Made by a program: the position numbers and the translations under genes. A stretch of DNA of 63,510 nucleotides, the filler included, from Choristocarpus tenellus KU-1152 (lineage: Eukaryota; Protista; Phaeophyceae): the NCBI GenBank assembly GCA_964200185.2. It is 9 parts of 9 records of this genome, joined end to end, with 100 filler letters (N's around TTAATTAATTAA, not from the genome) between each part and the next. Parts side by side here need not be neighbours in the genome. Positions count along the whole stretch, not along the records: positions 60,924 to 63,510 come from CAXNAD020026509.1; 8 more parts are not named here. The stretch is one strand, 5' to 3'. Positions 62,517 through 63,510 of this stretch are shown here, one piece after another. Within the stretch, counting starts at the first letter, position 1. Each line of letters starts with the position of its first letter. Under the pieces are notes generated by a model. That model was not told where the DNA came from. It made no database searches and was given only the letters and a program-made list of their open reading frames with translations.

Positions 62517-63510
62517 CCTGTCATCTGGATGTTTCTCCTGACCAAAGTGTACCGACACTAAAGTCTTCAAAACAAATTCCCTGTGACCAAGGTATACCAA
62601 TGCCAGAGGTTTTTAAGTGTTCTCCACCACCCTCTGCCACAATTGCCGACGAACCATTACACTTTTTACAAACACACCTGGCTCAATCAATTGCCGCCAT
62701 TGTTGTCGAGAACATTCAAGATGCTCTTGCTTCGAACCCTCAAGGTGATGTCCCTATGGCTACATCTACACTCACACAGTGGGTTGCGGGCCTGATACAA
62801 CATCAGATTCCACTAAAAGAAGTAGAGATGAAGGTTTGAATCCTTTTTCAAGGCGAACTCGTGGACTATTTAACCGCTAAGTTGTTGACGTTTTCCCTTA
62901 ATAAGTGCACACACATTTTTTAACCACACTCAAATGGATATTTTGATGGGTCCATACACATATGGGGTGGTCAGGGCTTTATCCCTTTTTTGTCAAGTTT
63001 CGAATGGAAGAAGATCCCCATGCTCCTCCTTTTGCATCTTCAAATTTGTTTTCACCATGCCCGCAAAAAGAGTAATTGATGTGAATACTCGGGATGGTTA
63101 TTTATAGGTTTGAATCCTCTATCTTAAGCAGTAAATCGCTGGGATCCCTCGACCCTCTCAATGGTTTGCCCCTTAAGCAAATAAGATTTTGATTAGAGCT
63201 CACCCAGTAGGAGGTGACTGTGTTCCTCATAGGCGGGCACACGGTTTCTGCTCCACATAGTCCAAAAGATTGGAACTGGAAGAAAACTGGACCTCATCAC
63301 TCCAGAACTCCGGATATAAGGGTTATTAACAATACTTGAAGGTGAGAAATCGAATTTTCACTTTCAAATCAAATGGATTAGACAGCATACAGATTCCTCA
63401 GAATGGAAGTGGACAATTCATTCCTGACTAAGACAGGATATTTAACCTTTTGCTTTCAGGGACGCAAGGTAATAATTCAAGGTAATGATCCACCCACAAA
63501 GGTAATCACT
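62517..63510 (+). pseudogene. Retroelement region with a decayed RNase H
   Basis: GYFDGS..GGQG, KSN*CEYSG.LFIGL, GGDC and IKWIRQH occur in the order of RNase HI motifs. Confidence 0.5.

Overview
Eukaryotic, intron-rich nuclear DNA. The RLE-retroelement family, TTAGGG motifs and plastid-targeting signal point to a brown alga or close photosynthetic stramenopile (inference). The window is nine contigs joined by artificial N44-TTAATTAATTAA-N44 linkers, so adjacency across linkers is not biological. Genes reconstructed by hand from splice sites and reading phase: a pepsin-family aspartic protease (5 exons, 3'-truncated), a 16-exon ISE2/HelY-type DExH RNA helicase (5'-truncated), a probably plastid-targeted acylphosphatase-fold protein with altered catalytic motifs, a small mucin-like type I membrane protein, one coiled-coil exon and tRNA-Asn(GTT). 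The remainder is repeat-rich: five 3' fragments of a CRE/R2-like RLE retrotransposon, two related MITE families (3-bp TSDs in family 1), other LINE/Penelope/DIRS-like debris, dense interstitial telomeric repeats and an LTR-type gag with an inverted duplication followed by an RNase H remnant. One 5-kb contig consists of intronless decayed orphan ORFs and is a candidate endogenous viral element. No single new biological system is proven here; the leads are listed as findings.
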